This document shows, in pieces, positions 46,978 through 56,930 of a stretch of DNA of 64,000 nucleotides. Numbering within the stretch: position 1 is the first letter of the stretch; each line of letters opens with the position of its first letter. The stretch covers positions 64,001-128,000 of the IMG/VR virus record IMGVR_UViG_3300025133_000029; one strand, 5' to 3'. Origin of the DNA: a virus. The notes below the pieces were generated by a model, which saw only the letters and a program-made list of their open reading frames with translations, did not search any database and was not told where the DNA came from. Position numbers and translations under genes: made by a program.

Positions 46978-47931
46978 TTATTCGCTCCTTCCATGGATGA
47001 CTGGACCTTTGCCTTGGACCCACAGAAGTAATTCTTCGATGCTATACCAGCCGGATTTTGGTTCATACCCTTTCTCTCTAGCGAACTCTGGTGGTTGATG
47101 ACATCCTGAAACTCGACTTCTTAGGGTGGATGGATTGAGCCAAAAAACAAGCTCTTTCTTCTTGTCGTTTTTAAATCTTCCCGCTAAGGCGTAGTATCGA
47201 AGTCCAGCATCGTCGACTGTTTTGTGTATGCCAGACTCTTCGATTGCATCTTCTAATATTTCTTGCTCCCTTTGTTCTTCTCGAGCTTTTTCCCAATGTT
47301 CTTGGGGGATTCTGTCTGCTATGAATATTCCAAGAGATCCATTTGCAAAAGCAGGCATTGCAGCTTTTAGGATGTAGAAGACTGCATTCCTTGCAAGAAT
47401 CTCTTCGTATAATTTCTTCAGGTAGGGAATATTGTCCTCTCCTACAACAATCTGAGCGGATCGATCATCCCAAGAGCAATGTATTGATGAAGTTACTTCT
47501 TCTGCTCCATTCTTGCTCCATCGAGACCATTTGATTCTATCGAGGTTGTAGTGGTGTAGGTGTCTTTCAAATCTTTTTGTTTCGTCATCTCCATCTTTCT
47601 CAAGATGTTCTCTGATAAATGGATAATTTATGTTGAGGATGGCAAAACTTACTATTATTGGTTCGTTCGATTTGCGAGTTGGTGGTGAGATGGTGTGTAG
47701 ATCTACGTTGTCAAACCTCTCGAAGAAAAGATTATTGGATTGTGTGATTCTTCGAGACTCGAGCGTTTTGTCGGGATCATCTATTCCCAAGGCATAGTTT
47801 AGAGTCTCACATGAAAATTCATGCTCGGCAGTAAAATCCCAACCCAGAGTAATGCCTGTGAAAAGTTTTTCTTCCGGGTATTTATCGTCCTCCAGGAATA
47901 TGAGTTCTCTTTCTCGTTCTCCGTACTTCAT
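46978..47931 (-). CDS. Hypothetical protein
   Basis: 317 aa, GGAG RBS. Confidence 0.6.
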   Translation of the reverse strand: MKYGERERELIFLEDDKYPEEKLFTGITLGWDFTAEHEFSCETLNYALGIDDPDKTLESRRITQSNNLFFERFDNVDLHTISPPTRKSNEPIIVSFAILNINYPFIREHLEKDGDDETKRFERHLHHYNLDRIKWSRWSKNGAEEVTSSIHCSWDDRSAQIVVGEDNIPYLKKLYEEILARNAVFYILKAAMPAFANGSLGIFIADRIPQEHWEKAREEQREQEILEDAIEESGIHKTVDDAGLRYYALAGRFKNDKKKELVFWLNPSTLRSRVSGCHQPPEFAREKGYEPKSGWYSIEELLLWVQGKGPVIHGRSE

Positions 47932-47940
47932 AGGAATCTC

Positions 47941-48252
47941 CTAAAATAAATCTTCTTCGAGAAATAAAGTTTCTTCGAGTACGTCTTTTTGCCGCAACCG
48001 AACCACCCGCTGCCGAAGGACGGTGAGTAGCTTTTGCCTTTCTTTCTTTTTGTCTTTTCTTTGAAGACCCCTTTTTTCTATTAGTCTTATAAAAATATCG
48101 ACGGTCGCGTTGAGGCTTTCGTGACGAACGCTATCATTTTGATCGGAGAAGGAGATTTCCTCCGGAGAGATGGTTGGACTTAGGAATCCTCCTAACATCT
48201 CTCTTACAATATCTCTCACTTGTTGTTTGCTATCGTTTTCTTTCGATGACAT
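47941..48252 (-). CDS. Hypothetical protein
   Basis: 103-aa ORF. Confidence 0.5.
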   Translation of the reverse strand: MSSKENDSKQQVRDIVREMLGGFLSPTISPEEISFSDQNDSVRHESLNATVDIFIRLIEKRGLQRKDKKKERQKLLTVLRQRVVRLRQKDVLEETLFLEEDLF

Positions 48253-48329
48253 GATTTCGTCTCTTGTTCTGTTGTAGTGTCTTATAGTCAGGTGCTAAAG
48301 CATTTACCTGTTGGGAGTGATTAAGTTAG

Positions 48330-48773
48330 ATGTATATAGAATACAAATTTCTAAAAATACCTGAAAAATATTTAGATGCAGTAAGTGCGATGATTGCAGA
48401 GTATTTATTTGGTTGGACTGATTTGGAGGAAGTAATTGTTTTTGACGATGAGGTTATCTGGTATGGAGTTGACGTATCAACGGGGCTAAGGTCTCCTGTT
48501 CACAGCTATCATAATGTGACTGATATTCGAGTTTTTATCTTAGAGATGGCTAAGAAGGGATTGGAAGTTGATATAGGATCGTGTTTGTATTTATATCCAG
48601 AGCGATTTAGGTATTTGAGTACGGTGACGAAAATAAGAAAAAAAACAAAAGGTCCTGTAATCTTAGCAGAGCGATATGGGGATGTTTTGACTTTGACACT
48701 ACTAGAAGCTATTTTATGTTCTCTGGGTCACGAAAATGAGTTGGAAACACTGCGGCGAAATTATAACCTTTAG
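48330..48773 (+). CDS. Phage ABA-sandwich-like domain protein
   Basis: IAEYLFGW...VHSY pattern, also present in 50663-51175. Confidence 0.45.
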   Translation: MYIEYKFLKIPEKYLDAVSAMIAEYLFGWTDLEEVIVFDDEVIWYGVDVSTGLRSPVHSYHNVTDIRVFILEMAKKGLEVDIGSCLYLYPERFRYLSTVTKIRKKTKGPVILAERYGDVLTLTLLEAILCSLGHENELETLRRNYNL

Positions 48774-48783
48774 AGTCTAAAGA
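48767..48783. repeat. Dispersed palindrome, 1 mismatch (CCTTTAGA-G-TCTAAAGA)
   Basis: Overlaps the TAG stop of 48330-48773. Confidence 0.85.
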
Positions 48784-48870
48784 TTTACGATAGAGTGATG
48801 GTGTTGAATTACAAGAGTCGAGGTAGACGAGGAACGGTCTTTTAAGTTTTACAATTTAGGAGATTTGTTC

Positions 48871-49098
48871 ATGAAAAAGAAGAACAGAATTAGTTTACGT
48901 AGAGCTTTTGGTGAGGATGAGTATGGCGAGCTAATGCTTCCCAGAAAGATGTCGGGGGTGAGGATTTCTCGACTTTTTTTTGGTGAGTGGATGGGTTGCT
49001 CGTTTTGCTTTCCGCATGGCAGAGATACAATCAATAACAGAAGGAAAAAGCCACTAAGGAGTTGGAAGGGGTACAGGAGAACACAGTGGAAGAGTTAG
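48871..49098 (+). CDS. Small basic hypothetical protein
   Basis: AGGAG RBS; CxxC.PH motif. Confidence 0.45.
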   Translation: MKKKNRISLRRAFGEDEYGELMLPRKMSGVRISRLFFGEWMGCSFCFPHGRDTINNRRKKPLRSWKGYRRTQWKS

Positions 49099-49179
49099 TA
49101 TTTCTTTTTCCTGTGTATCTCATATAGGGTGTTTTTTTGGGTTAGATTGTAATAGAAAGACACTTTATGGAGAAAGAGA

Positions 49180-49452
49180 ATGCTTTACAAGGTAAGTGAT
49201 GGTTCGGTGAGTTACCATGTCTTTGCGGCTATGGATGAGATGGTTCTGGGGGTGTTGCAAGAGGGTGCAGATCTATCTGATGAGGAGATGGAGGGGTTCT
49301 CGATTGAACGACACTATCCAAATGATGTTGTCGTTACTGTTTCTTTTGAGGGAGGGGTGTGCGATCCCGTCCATCTGGCTGCCGAGCAATGGGTTGCCTT
49401 ATGGGAGAGCTTCTTGGGGAAAGGTTCTGCTATCTTGTCTTGTTCAGAGTGA
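49180..49452 (+). CDS. Hypothetical protein
   Basis: GGAG RBS, 90 aa. Confidence 0.5.
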   Translation: MLYKVSDGSVSYHVFAAMDEMVLGVLQEGADLSDEEMEGFSIERHYPNDVVVTVSFEGGVCDPVHLAAEQWVALWESFLGKGSAILSCSE

Positions 49453-49466
49453 TAGGGGTTTATAAA

Positions 49467-50687
49467 ATGATAATAGATGAAGTTGTACAGAATTTATGTT
49501 TTTTGACTCTTCATGGTTCAAGAGCTTATGGAACATCTCGTCCTGATTCAGATTGGGATGTTCGTGGAGTCGCCATAAGTTCGATGGATTGGCATCTGGG
49601 TTCAAGGAAATGGGAGCAGACTCAAGAAAATCATCCTCGAGTGAAACATTTATTGGGTGAGAGATTCCCATCTGCTCTCGAACATCCCGATCCTTTGGAT
49701 TGCGAGATAAGGTGTTTGAGAAAATTTGTATCTTTGGCATCGGATTGCAATCCAAACGTTCTGGATGTTCTCTTTGCGGATCCAAAAGATTGGATTTTTG
49801 CAACGCGCCCATGGATAAACCTTTATGAAGAGAGACATCGCTTTCTTTCTCTTAGAGTCCAGCATACTTATACAGGGTATGCCGTATCGCAACTGAAGCG
49901 AATTGTTCGTCATAGGGGGTGGTTACTTAATCCACCGTCTAAAAAACCAACGAGAGAGGGGTTTGGTCTTCCTCCACATAAGAAATTAGTAAACAAGGAA
50001 CTGAGTGATCTTGTGGAGTCTTTGTTATCAAAAAAAATAAATGAGTGGAGACTAGATCAGTGGTTTGAATCGATGCCCGAAGAGGTGAGGGATTCTTTTC
50101 GTGAAGATTTGTCTGCTTATTTTGAGATGGTTCACGGTCGTCATATGGATGGGCATAAAGAGCATGAGCGGTATCAGGCTTCGCAAGCGGTGGGTTTGCC
50201 GGATCATTTATTTGAGGAGATTGAGAGAGAGAGAAGATTCCCCAATGCTATGAAACAATGGAAGCAATATCAAAGTTGGAAAAAAAACAGAAACCCAGAA
50301 AGAGCGAAACTAGAAGAAGAGTTTGGGTATGACTCCAAACACGCGAGTCATTTGGTGCGACTCCTCCTAAGTGCTCAAGAAATATTGAGTACGGGAACAC
50401 TGAGTGTTCGGCATCCCTATGCAGAATTACTGAAAGAAGTACGTTCTGGTGAGTGGGAATATGATCAACTAATTGAGGAGGCAGAGAATCATAAGGAAGC
50501 AATTAAGGAATTGGTAAGAGAAAACCCAAAGAATCTTCCGAAGTCTACGGATAAATATTCTATTGGAATGATCTCAACAGAAATTATATTGGAAGCAAAT
50601 GGATATGTCCCAATGGGAAGTGGATTGGATGAAATTTTCCCTTATCCAAACTTGGCAGGGATCTATCCAAACTTAGGAGGGGATTGA
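49467..50687 (+). CDS. DNA polymerase beta superfamily nucleotidyltransferase (YcgL/RlaP-like)
   Basis: HGSRAYGTSRPDSDWDVRG (GS...DxD), CNPNVLDVLF, YDSKHASHLVRL, LKEVRSG. Confidence 0.85.
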   Translation: MIIDEVVQNLCFLTLHGSRAYGTSRPDSDWDVRGVAISSMDWHLGSRKWEQTQENHPRVKHLLGERFPSALEHPDPLDCEIRCLRKFVSLASDCNPNVLDVLFADPKDWIFATRPWINLYEERHRFLSLRVQHTYTGYAVSQLKRIVRHRGWLLNPPSKKPTREGFGLPPHKKLVNKELSDLVESLLSKKINEWRLDQWFESMPEEVRDSFREDLSAYFEMVHGRHMDGHKEHERYQASQAVGLPDHLFEEIERERRFPNAMKQWKQYQSWKKNRNPERAKLEEEFGYDSKHASHLVRLLLSAQEILSTGTLSVRHPYAELLKEVRSGEWEYDQLIEEAENHKEAIKELVRENPKNLPKSTDKYSIGMISTEIILEANGYVPMGSGLDEIFPYPNLAGIYPNLGGD

Positions 50688-51175
50688 TTCGAGATCATCA
50701 AGAGTGACGGGGCGGGGAGATGGGGAGAGGGGCTTTCGGAGGGTGTGGGTTCCTGGATGGGGTCATCTATGGCGTTTTGAAAGGCTTTGGCTACGAGAAG
50801 GGGGATGTTGTCGTAGGAGTCGTTATCGGAAGCGGACCATCTTCCAATATCATAACCTTGGGCGGGGTGTTTCTCTACGATAGTCACAGAGCTTAGATCT
50901 GCGTGAACAACATCAATGGAAACTTCAAAGAGTCGCTCTGGGTGTTTCATTATTGTTTTTATTATATGGAGAAGCCAGTATCCGCCCCTGTCTGTATAGG
51001 CAGGGACAACACTGCTTATCATTGTTGGAGAAGATGGCCTTGTACCCGTTGGTATTTCGCCCGACCATCGGATTTGGTTCCATCCAAAAAGATGCTCTGC
51101 CAGGAAGGCGTCGGCCTTTCTCTTTGCCATATATGAACTTCCCACGTTTTTTTCTTTGCGTTTTTCTTCGGGCAT
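50663..51175 (-). CDS. Phage ABA-sandwich-like domain protein
   Basis: DAFLAEHLFGW...VPAYT. Confidence 0.45.
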   Translation of the reverse strand: MPEEKRKEKNVGSSYMAKRKADAFLAEHLFGWNQIRWSGEIPTGTRPSSPTMISSVVPAYTDRGGYWLLHIIKTIMKHPERLFEVSIDVVHADLSSVTIVEKHPAQGYDIGRWSASDNDSYDNIPLLVAKAFQNAIDDPIQEPTPSESPSPHLPAPSLLMISNQSPPKFG

Positions 51176-51181
51176 GATGTC

Positions 51182-51811
51182 TTATCCCTCGGAGGGGTTG
51201 GTTGGGATTTGCTCATACTTTCTGTAGTGCTTCAGTCTCTTGAGCTTTATCTTGCTTTTTCTTTTTTTCTCCACACCATCCACAGTGACTTTGCATATAG
51301 CTTCTTCTTCTGGTGTGACCTCTTCGACGATGAGAATGCGTCCTGGACGCCGGGGGTCTTTATCTCTGAATCGGCATCCAACCCATGATTGACTTACTGT
51401 GATGTGTCCCTCTGCTTCACTAGTGTCGGAGTGGGATTGTTGTTTCTCTGTTTCCACATGGGAGCACATTTCTTCTTGTTCGTCTTCGGTTGACTTTGGG
51501 ATGGGTATATTCTGTTCTCTACAGAGATTCAGAATAAGAGAGAGGCGAGCTAATCTTAGAGCGCGATTGAGTCTTTCTCTGGGTATGAGAACTAAATCTT
51601 CCCATCGAATTGGGGCGCTATCCTTGCCTAACCATGCGATGCGATGCGTGTGATCGGTTCTTTTGATAAGTCCTGTTGTATGTGGCTTACTTTTTCTAAA
51701 GACGTGGTCGCCGGGAGAGAATAAGATTTTCCCTCTTGAGGCCAATTTGGATCTCACCTCTTCGGAAAGACCACCTCCATCACGACCCGCAGCCTCAGAT
51801 GCGTTTGACAT
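51182..51811 (-). CDS. Hypothetical protein with two SH3/KOW-like segments
   Basis: FSPGDHV..., WVGCRFRDKDPRR. Confidence 0.5.
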   Translation of the reverse strand: MSNASEAAGRDGGGLSEEVRSKLASRGKILFSPGDHVFRKSKPHTTGLIKRTDHTHRIAWLGKDSAPIRWEDLVLIPRERLNRALRLARLSLILNLCREQNIPIPKSTEDEQEEMCSHVETEKQQSHSDTSEAEGHITVSQSWVGCRFRDKDPRRPGRILIVEEVTPEEEAICKVTVDGVEKKRKSKIKLKRLKHYRKYEQIPTNPSEG

Positions 51812-51848
51812 TTTTTTATCTCCAAAACATTCTACTTGTGTTCTTAGA

Positions 51849-51865
51849 TCTTTAGACTCTAAAGA
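51849..51865. repeat. Dispersed palindrome TCTTTAGA-C-TCTAAAGA
   Basis: Exact core, AGA/TCT flanks. Confidence 0.95.
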
Positions 51866-51987
51866 TCTTCTTTTTTTGGTCGAAGAGCTTCAAGAGGTTC
51901 AAGACACATACTGGAAAATAACATTCTTTTTCTTTCTTCGAGTAACTCGATTATTTTCCTCCTTTCTTCTTCTTTTTTAGTAGAAAG

Positions 51988-52737
51988 TTAAATGGGCATA
52001 ATGTGTGTCCACATGCCAATAGGAAGTTTTTCAATGAGCTTATCTGCGGCGGTTGAGGCATCTAAATTTATGGCATTGCCCAGAGGAACGAGTATTTCAA
52101 ATGCGGCGTCTTTCAATTCTTGTGGCAATAAAACCCATTTATTAGAGACTGCTACTTCTTTCAAAAGGTTATAGGCAAGAACAGACATTTCCCCCACAGC
52201 ATCTTGCTGCGCCAGGAGAATGGACCTTCTTATGTTGTCCTTCATTGAGATTGGCGGGGTTGTTGGAGAATCTTTGTCTTCTTCTGGTGTGTGATTGTTT
52301 TTCTTGGGAGCAGGAGTTACTTCTTCATCTGATTCGGTATTAGTTCGAACATCGTCAAGGGCTTCGGAGAGAAACTGCATCTGTTCTCCGAGAAGTTGGA
52401 ATGTTCGAAAAAACTCCCACTGTTCTTTTATATAGTTTCCTGCTTCCATGTATAGACTGGCTACATATTTACGAAGAAGATACATAGCATGGTGGAAACT
52501 TCTTACTTTGATAAGCCAATCTTCTTCGGCTTCTGGAGGAGCAAAAACTCTTTCGATTAAATCTACTTGCCAGTCCGCGTTTTGGAAAAACCTCTTCGTG
52601 GGAAGACCCCAAACACGCTCGTTCACTCTGTGTATGAGTTCGAGATGTTCGATAATAGCATCCGCAACAATCGCGAGATCTTTATCTCTGTCGCGACCGT
52701 CTAGATCTTCTTTAGTTATTCTGGTGAGGTCATTCAT
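51988..52737 (-). CDS. Hypothetical helical protein
   Basis: About 249-aa ORF. Confidence 0.55.
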   Translation of the reverse strand: MNDLTRITKEDLDGRDRDKDLAIVADAIIEHLELIHRVNERVWGLPTKRFFQNADWQVDLIERVFAPPEAEEDWLIKVRSFHHAMYLLRKYVASLYMEAGNYIKEQWEFFRTFQLLGEQMQFLSEALDDVRTNTESDEEVTPAPKKNNHTPEEDKDSPTTPPISMKDNIRRSILLAQQDAVGEMSVLAYNLLKEVAVSNKWVLLPQELKDAAFEILVPLGNAINLDASTAADKLIEKLPIGMWTHIMPI

Positions 52738-53026
52738 TCTTGTTTTTTTCCTTTTTGCATCTAGCAATGGCTTTTAGGACTTTTGGGGTACATGGAACAT
52801 AAGTGTATCCATGTGGGGGTGAGGAGGAAAAGCAGATGTCTGTTCTTTTGTCTTGCCAGTAGTAGTTATGGCCACAAGCTTTTCTTATGCGATTTTCTTC
52901 TTGTGTTATCCCGGAGAGGCTTGATAAGAGATAAGCAAAAGACACAATAAAAATACAAGCGATAACAACGAAGGCTACTGCTTTTAAAATTGTTTGTGCG
53001 GTCGACATTGTTTTGCTTTCTTGCAT
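52730..53026 (-). CDS. Small membrane protein
   Basis: N-terminal TM, three Cys. Confidence 0.5.
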   Translation of the reverse strand: MQESKTMSTAQTILKAVAFVVIACIFIVSFAYLLSSLSGITQEENRIRKACGHNYYWQDKRTDICFSSSPPHGYTYVPCTPKVLKAIARCKKEKNKNE

Positions 53027-53030
53027 ACTT

Positions 53031-53237
53031 TTACCAATCTTCGGGAAAGAAACAGGAGATGAGGAGAAATCCGCAAATAAAGGTCGCGGTATTCCAATTA
53101 TGTTTATAGAACCCTATTGTGAGAGTAAGCCAGAAGAGGGCGGCGATGGCGCGTTGTGAACGATAAGAGAGAAGGGCAGCCGAGAGTCCGATGGCAGCTA
53201 TGGTAAACATATACGTTCCTTTTTTGTTAGGGGGCAT
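53031..53237 (-). CDS. Small membrane protein
   Basis: Three hydrophobic segments. Confidence 0.45.
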   Translation of the reverse strand: MPPNKKGTYMFTIAAIGLSAALLSYRSQRAIAALFWLTLTIGFYKHNWNTATFICGFLLISCFFPEDW

Positions 53238-53346
53238 AAAGGTACCTTACGACATCGACATTATAGATTAGAGCATTTACGTTCTAATATTATCAAAAGG
53301 AGAGGGGGGAAAGAGGGAGTGAGGGAGAGAGGTGGGAGGGTAAGTT

Positions 53347-53880
53347 CTATTGCTCGGCCCATTGTTCAATGGGGCCGTATCCGGCGAATTCTTCCTCCTC
53401 GGGTTCCCTCTTTGCTTGGTTTGTGGGGAAATCTTCTTCTGAGCAAACAGTCTCCAAGAGATCTTCGTTTAGAGTTTCCATTGCGAGACCGAGATTTCCA
53501 CCTGGAACCATATAGGTTGCGTAATAGATAACAGGAACTCTGATGCAGTGGTTTGTTTCTTCCAGAACCATTTTCTCTGCAACAGAGGGGTAGTTGTCTT
53601 TGATCTTCTTTTGTAGTTGCTGAGATGGTACTTTTGACCAGAACTCGACAACTTCTTGGAGGGTTGGGTGGCGCATAATGGTATCGGATGAGATAGAGTC
53701 ATTTTTTCCACTACTCAACCAGTGGCCTGTTATGTTTCGACCTCGAGTATTGGGTGATGCTCCAAACCCGCCAGTAACAAACATAGCGCAGTGAAAGATG
53801 CTACGGGGTAGCGTTTTAAATGATTCGGGTCCGATGATAACAATCTGATTGGTGATATCACAACGAAGGGGGTTGCTCAT
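53347..53880 (-). CDS. Hypothetical protein
   Basis: AGGAG RBS, 177 aa. Confidence 0.55.
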   Translation of the reverse strand: MSNPLRCDITNQIVIIGPESFKTLPRSIFHCAMFVTGGFGASPNTRGRNITGHWLSSGKNDSISSDTIMRHPTLQEVVEFWSKVPSQQLQKKIKDNYPSVAEKMVLEETNHCIRVPVIYYATYMVPGGNLGLAMETLNEDLLETVCSEEDFPTNQAKREPEEEEFAGYGPIEQWAEQ

Positions 53881-53890
53881 GCTTGTTCTC

Positions 53891-54796
53891 CTAAACAGGT
53901 TCTTCGAAGATTGTGTCTTCTAGTTTATCCCTCCATGAGGCGAGATTGTTTTCTAATAACTTTTCTCGAAGATATAGGGAGCTAAGAAGTGATTTGCGGT
54001 GATTCAAAAGTATTTCAAGTTTTTGCTTAAAAACTTTTTCGATCTTCTGTATTACTTCAAGGCGATATTTGTGAATCATGCATCCTATAATAGTTCCAGA
54101 AGTTCTTGTATCGAAAAATACCAAGTCGGACCAGCGAGACCGTGCGATATTTCCAAGGGCAATTGTTTTTACGGAAGCGTAAGCTTCTATAAGGAATCCT
54201 AGAAAGACCTCTCTTGTTGTTCCTGCTCTTCTGAGATTCTCTATATCCCATGCAGCTTGTGTTTGTGTAATGTTTGTATATGGAAGAACTAAACTAACAA
54301 TAAGACGAACGAACAGATGTATGGTTAGGCAATATGCGTTTCTAATAGTGCGGTCTTGTGAACGAAGGTCTTCGGGGGACTGAAGGAACACTTCTGGGTT
54401 TTGGCGTTCCATGAGACAAATAAGACCATTAGATGCAGTATTTCGGATGAGGTGCTCGTTGTATCGAAGATACCCTAGTATGCCTATTTCACCGTAAGGA
54501 TATAGTGTTTCTTCCAGAAGGCTTCTGCCTGCGGTGAGCGTCTTAGATAGGTTTGAATAGAAACTACGGTTCATGTTGAATTCATGAACAAGGTCTCTGC
54601 CGATTTTCTCTGCCATGTCGAATAAGAATCCGAGGAATACTTTTCTGGTCACAGTCTGATGACAGAGTTTACTGACGAGATCTTCTCGGCGATTCTGTAA
54701 TTCGGTAAAGAGTTCTGTTTGGATTTCCAGGAGTCCATTCGAAGAATGTATACCTCGCGCTGTTAGGGTTTGAGCAAACTTTACATATTCTTGCAT
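53891..54796 (-). CDS. Hypothetical helical protein
   Basis: 301-aa ORF. Confidence 0.55.
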   Translation of the reverse strand: MQEYVKFAQTLTARGIHSSNGLLEIQTELFTELQNRREDLVSKLCHQTVTRKVFLGFLFDMAEKIGRDLVHEFNMNRSFYSNLSKTLTAGRSLLEETLYPYGEIGILGYLRYNEHLIRNTASNGLICLMERQNPEVFLQSPEDLRSQDRTIRNAYCLTIHLFVRLIVSLVLPYTNITQTQAAWDIENLRRAGTTREVFLGFLIEAYASVKTIALGNIARSRWSDLVFFDTRTSGTIIGCMIHKYRLEVIQKIEKVFKQKLEILLNHRKSLLSSLYLREKLLENNLASWRDKLEDTIFEEPV

Positions 54797-54824
54797 CGTG
54801 ATTTTCTTTTTTTACAGGGGAGGG

Positions 54825-55019
54825 TTATTTGCCAACCTGGGTTATAATTGCTCTCTTGGCATCCCATTTGTGTGTAAAGTATCGGGAGTAGAGTACAAAG
54901 TAGTCAACCGGGCATCGTGGGTCTGACACCCATTCGCGAATGGTTTTGGTTTCCCCCCATGCGGTGATAGTGAGTGTGTTTCTTTTGGATGGAGTAGTGA
55001 TTGCTTCCTCGGCGCTCAT
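54825..55019 (-). CDS. HNH-associated DNA-binding repeat protein, possibly a gene fragment
   Basis: TAWGETKTIREWVSDPRC...W repeat shared with 55264-56118. Confidence 0.45.
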   Translation of the reverse strand: MSAEEAITTPSKRNTLTITAWGETKTIREWVSDPRCPVDYFVLYSRYFTHKWDAKRAIITQVGK

Positions 55020-55054
55020 TCCTTTTTGTATGCGTCGGAGGATCGTAAGTCCTG

Positions 55055-55234
55055 TTATTGAGCAGTGTCGAGTTCTATGCCCGTAAGGTTTGCAATCCTT
55101 ACATCGTGTCCAGCCTGCTCTAGAGCATATGCTATCGCGAAAGCGGATTCAGGATCTGCGAGAGCCATTTTTACATCAAATGGATCGAACTCGGGGTCTG
55201 GCTTGAAAAGGATTTGGAGCAGAGATTTCGACAT
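55055..55234 (-). CDS. Small hypothetical protein (59 aa, not in the ORF track)
   Basis: MSKSLLQILFKPDPEFDPF...DTAQ*, AAGGAAG RBS. Confidence 0.4.
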   Translation of the reverse strand: MSKSLLQILFKPDPEFDPFDVKMALADPESAFAIAYALEQAGHDVRIANLTGIELDTAQ

Positions 55235-55263
55235 TTTTCTATCTTCCTTTGTGATGGATCGAT

Positions 55264-56118
55264 CTAGTCACGAGGAGGATGTGTTTGGTTTGTTTCCCTT
55301 TGTCCTCCAATGGGAGTGGAAACAGCTTCCTCGGGCGTCCAACCCAAAACGCGCACACGCTGTCGGATAGCAGAGTTGTTGGATTTGCAGCGTTCGTCTT
55401 CTTCCCACTCAGAGAATTTTTTTTCTTCTCCCCATGCCGTGAGGGTTTGACAGGTTGTTTTTTGGGGCTTAGGCTTTTTTCTTGGCATTATGCGAAGGGA
55501 GGTGGTCATTGCTTCTTCAATGCCCCAACCATTGCGAACTCGGCTTTTCAGTGTCCCAAGCCGCACAATGCACCTGGGATCTCTGCTCCAGTCTGTGATT
55601 GTTTTCTTTGTGCCGAAAGCATAACGTAGGTAGGGGACAAGGTGAGGAGGGTACCCATAGTCTTCTTCGGGTTCCTCTTCTTTAGGACCTGCTTCCTCTT
55701 CGAGGGTTTTAGGTTTTTTTTCGGAGTTTTCTTTTGTTCTTCCGAGGTATTCATCAAGGAACTCGAAGAGATGGGGGTCGAGGGTTCGGCGAAGGTCTTC
55801 TAGGCGCTGATCTATCTGTTGTGATGAAAGGAAGTGCGGATTGTATTTTTTCCCTGCAGGAACTTTCATCCTGATACAGATGTAATCCGATTCTTCTTCG
55901 TATTCAATCGTCACGTTTTCCCACCCACGCTCCATATACCAGCTTGTGATGATCACGATTTCTTTGTCAGTCACTTCAAGGATGTTCGAAAGTTGAATTC
56001 GGATAGCTGCTTGTCCTATATAGTCTCGCGCAAGATGATAGTCTATGGTTGCGGCTATATAGTAGCATTGGTTGAGGACAGACGGATATTCGAGTGCTTC
56101 TTCTGGCGATAAAGGCAT
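55264..56118 (-). CDS. Protein with two C-terminal HNH-associated DNA-binding repeats
   Basis: AFGTKKTITDWSRDPRC..GTLKSRVRNGW.IEEAMT and AWGEEKKFSEWEEDERC..GWTPEEAVSTP; AAGGAGG RBS. Confidence 0.6.
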   Translation of the reverse strand: MPLSPEEALEYPSVLNQCYYIAATIDYHLARDYIGQAAIRIQLSNILEVTDKEIVIITSWYMERGWENVTIEYEEESDYICIRMKVPAGKKYNPHFLSSQQIDQRLEDLRRTLDPHLFEFLDEYLGRTKENSEKKPKTLEEEAGPKEEEPEEDYGYPPHLVPYLRYAFGTKKTITDWSRDPRCIVRLGTLKSRVRNGWGIEEAMTTSLRIMPRKKPKPQKTTCQTLTAWGEEKKFSEWEEDERCKSNNSAIRQRVRVLGWTPEEAVSTPIGGQRETNQTHPPRD

Positions 56119-56203
56119 GGTGGCCTCCTTTGTGGTTTTGTAGCCATATTTATTTCTTCGCTAACAAAAGAAGCAAACCATTTACCCTTTAATTATAAGA
56201 AGA

Positions 56204-56220
56204 TCTTTAGACTCTAAAGA
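56204..56220. repeat. Dispersed palindrome TCTTTAGA-C-TCTAAAGA
   Basis: Exact core, between divergent genes. Confidence 0.95.
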
Positions 56221-56280
56221 TTCTGATATTTCTACACTGAGTTGTTATTGTCTTATAAAATAAATAAGGAGATTTATTAT

Positions 56281-56925
56281 ATGTCTTTATCAAAAGATGA
56301 AGCTTTGGGTATGGCGAGATTGGCTATAAGGGGTTGGGGTGATCGTGCATCCCTTATAGGACCAATAGAAATAGAAGAAAATGATAATGGCTTGGAAGCA
56401 GTTGAGGATTGTTTCCTACGGATGTGTTCGGATAATTATTTATCTGGCAAGAGTTTACCCACTCTGATGTTTTTCTTATTTGAAGATCTTCGGCCCGAGA
56501 AGAACGATAAGTATATATTAGCTCTTGATATAAAAGACTTATATCGAACAAAAAAGAGTCAAATGCTTATGGTGGCAATTGCGAGAATGGTAAGGAAACA
56601 TTTGCGAGCAAGCTTCACATGTTTGTCTAAGACTTCGAATGCAGTTTACTACCAGAATGATCGCGAGGGTGTCGATTGTTCAACTGAAGATATGGAAACA
56701 TATAGTGAGACAAAAAATATCCCGAAATCGATAGAGGTTGTCTCTATGACCTTTGATTTTAGAGACAAGGACACACCTCCACGTTTGGTTTTATTTAAGA
56801 TCTCTGACAGTGGACTTGTGGATTTAGAGAGTCGAGATGAAATCTTTGGCCCATTCGATGTGAAGTTAAGTGAGAACGCTAGAATTGCAAGACTCTTCCT
56901 GGACCAGAAAAGAATCACAAACTAA
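56281..56925 (+). CDS. Hypothetical protein
   Basis: AAGGAG RBS before ATG 56281. Confidence 0.6.
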   Translation: MSLSKDEALGMARLAIRGWGDRASLIGPIEIEENDNGLEAVEDCFLRMCSDNYLSGKSLPTLMFFLFEDLRPEKNDKYILALDIKDLYRTKKSQMLMVAIARMVRKHLRASFTCLSKTSNAVYYQNDREGVDCSTEDMETYSETKNIPKSIEVVSMTFDFRDKDTPPRLVLFKISDSGLVDLESRDEIFGPFDVKLSENARIARLFLDQKRITN

Positions 56926-56930
56926 TCTGC

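Noticed and set aside
53891-54796. Possible sigma-70 region 2 (HLIRNTASNGLICLMERQNPE)
   Set aside because: The resemblance is limited to a few residues; no F.TYA..WI or region-4 HTH is recognisable.
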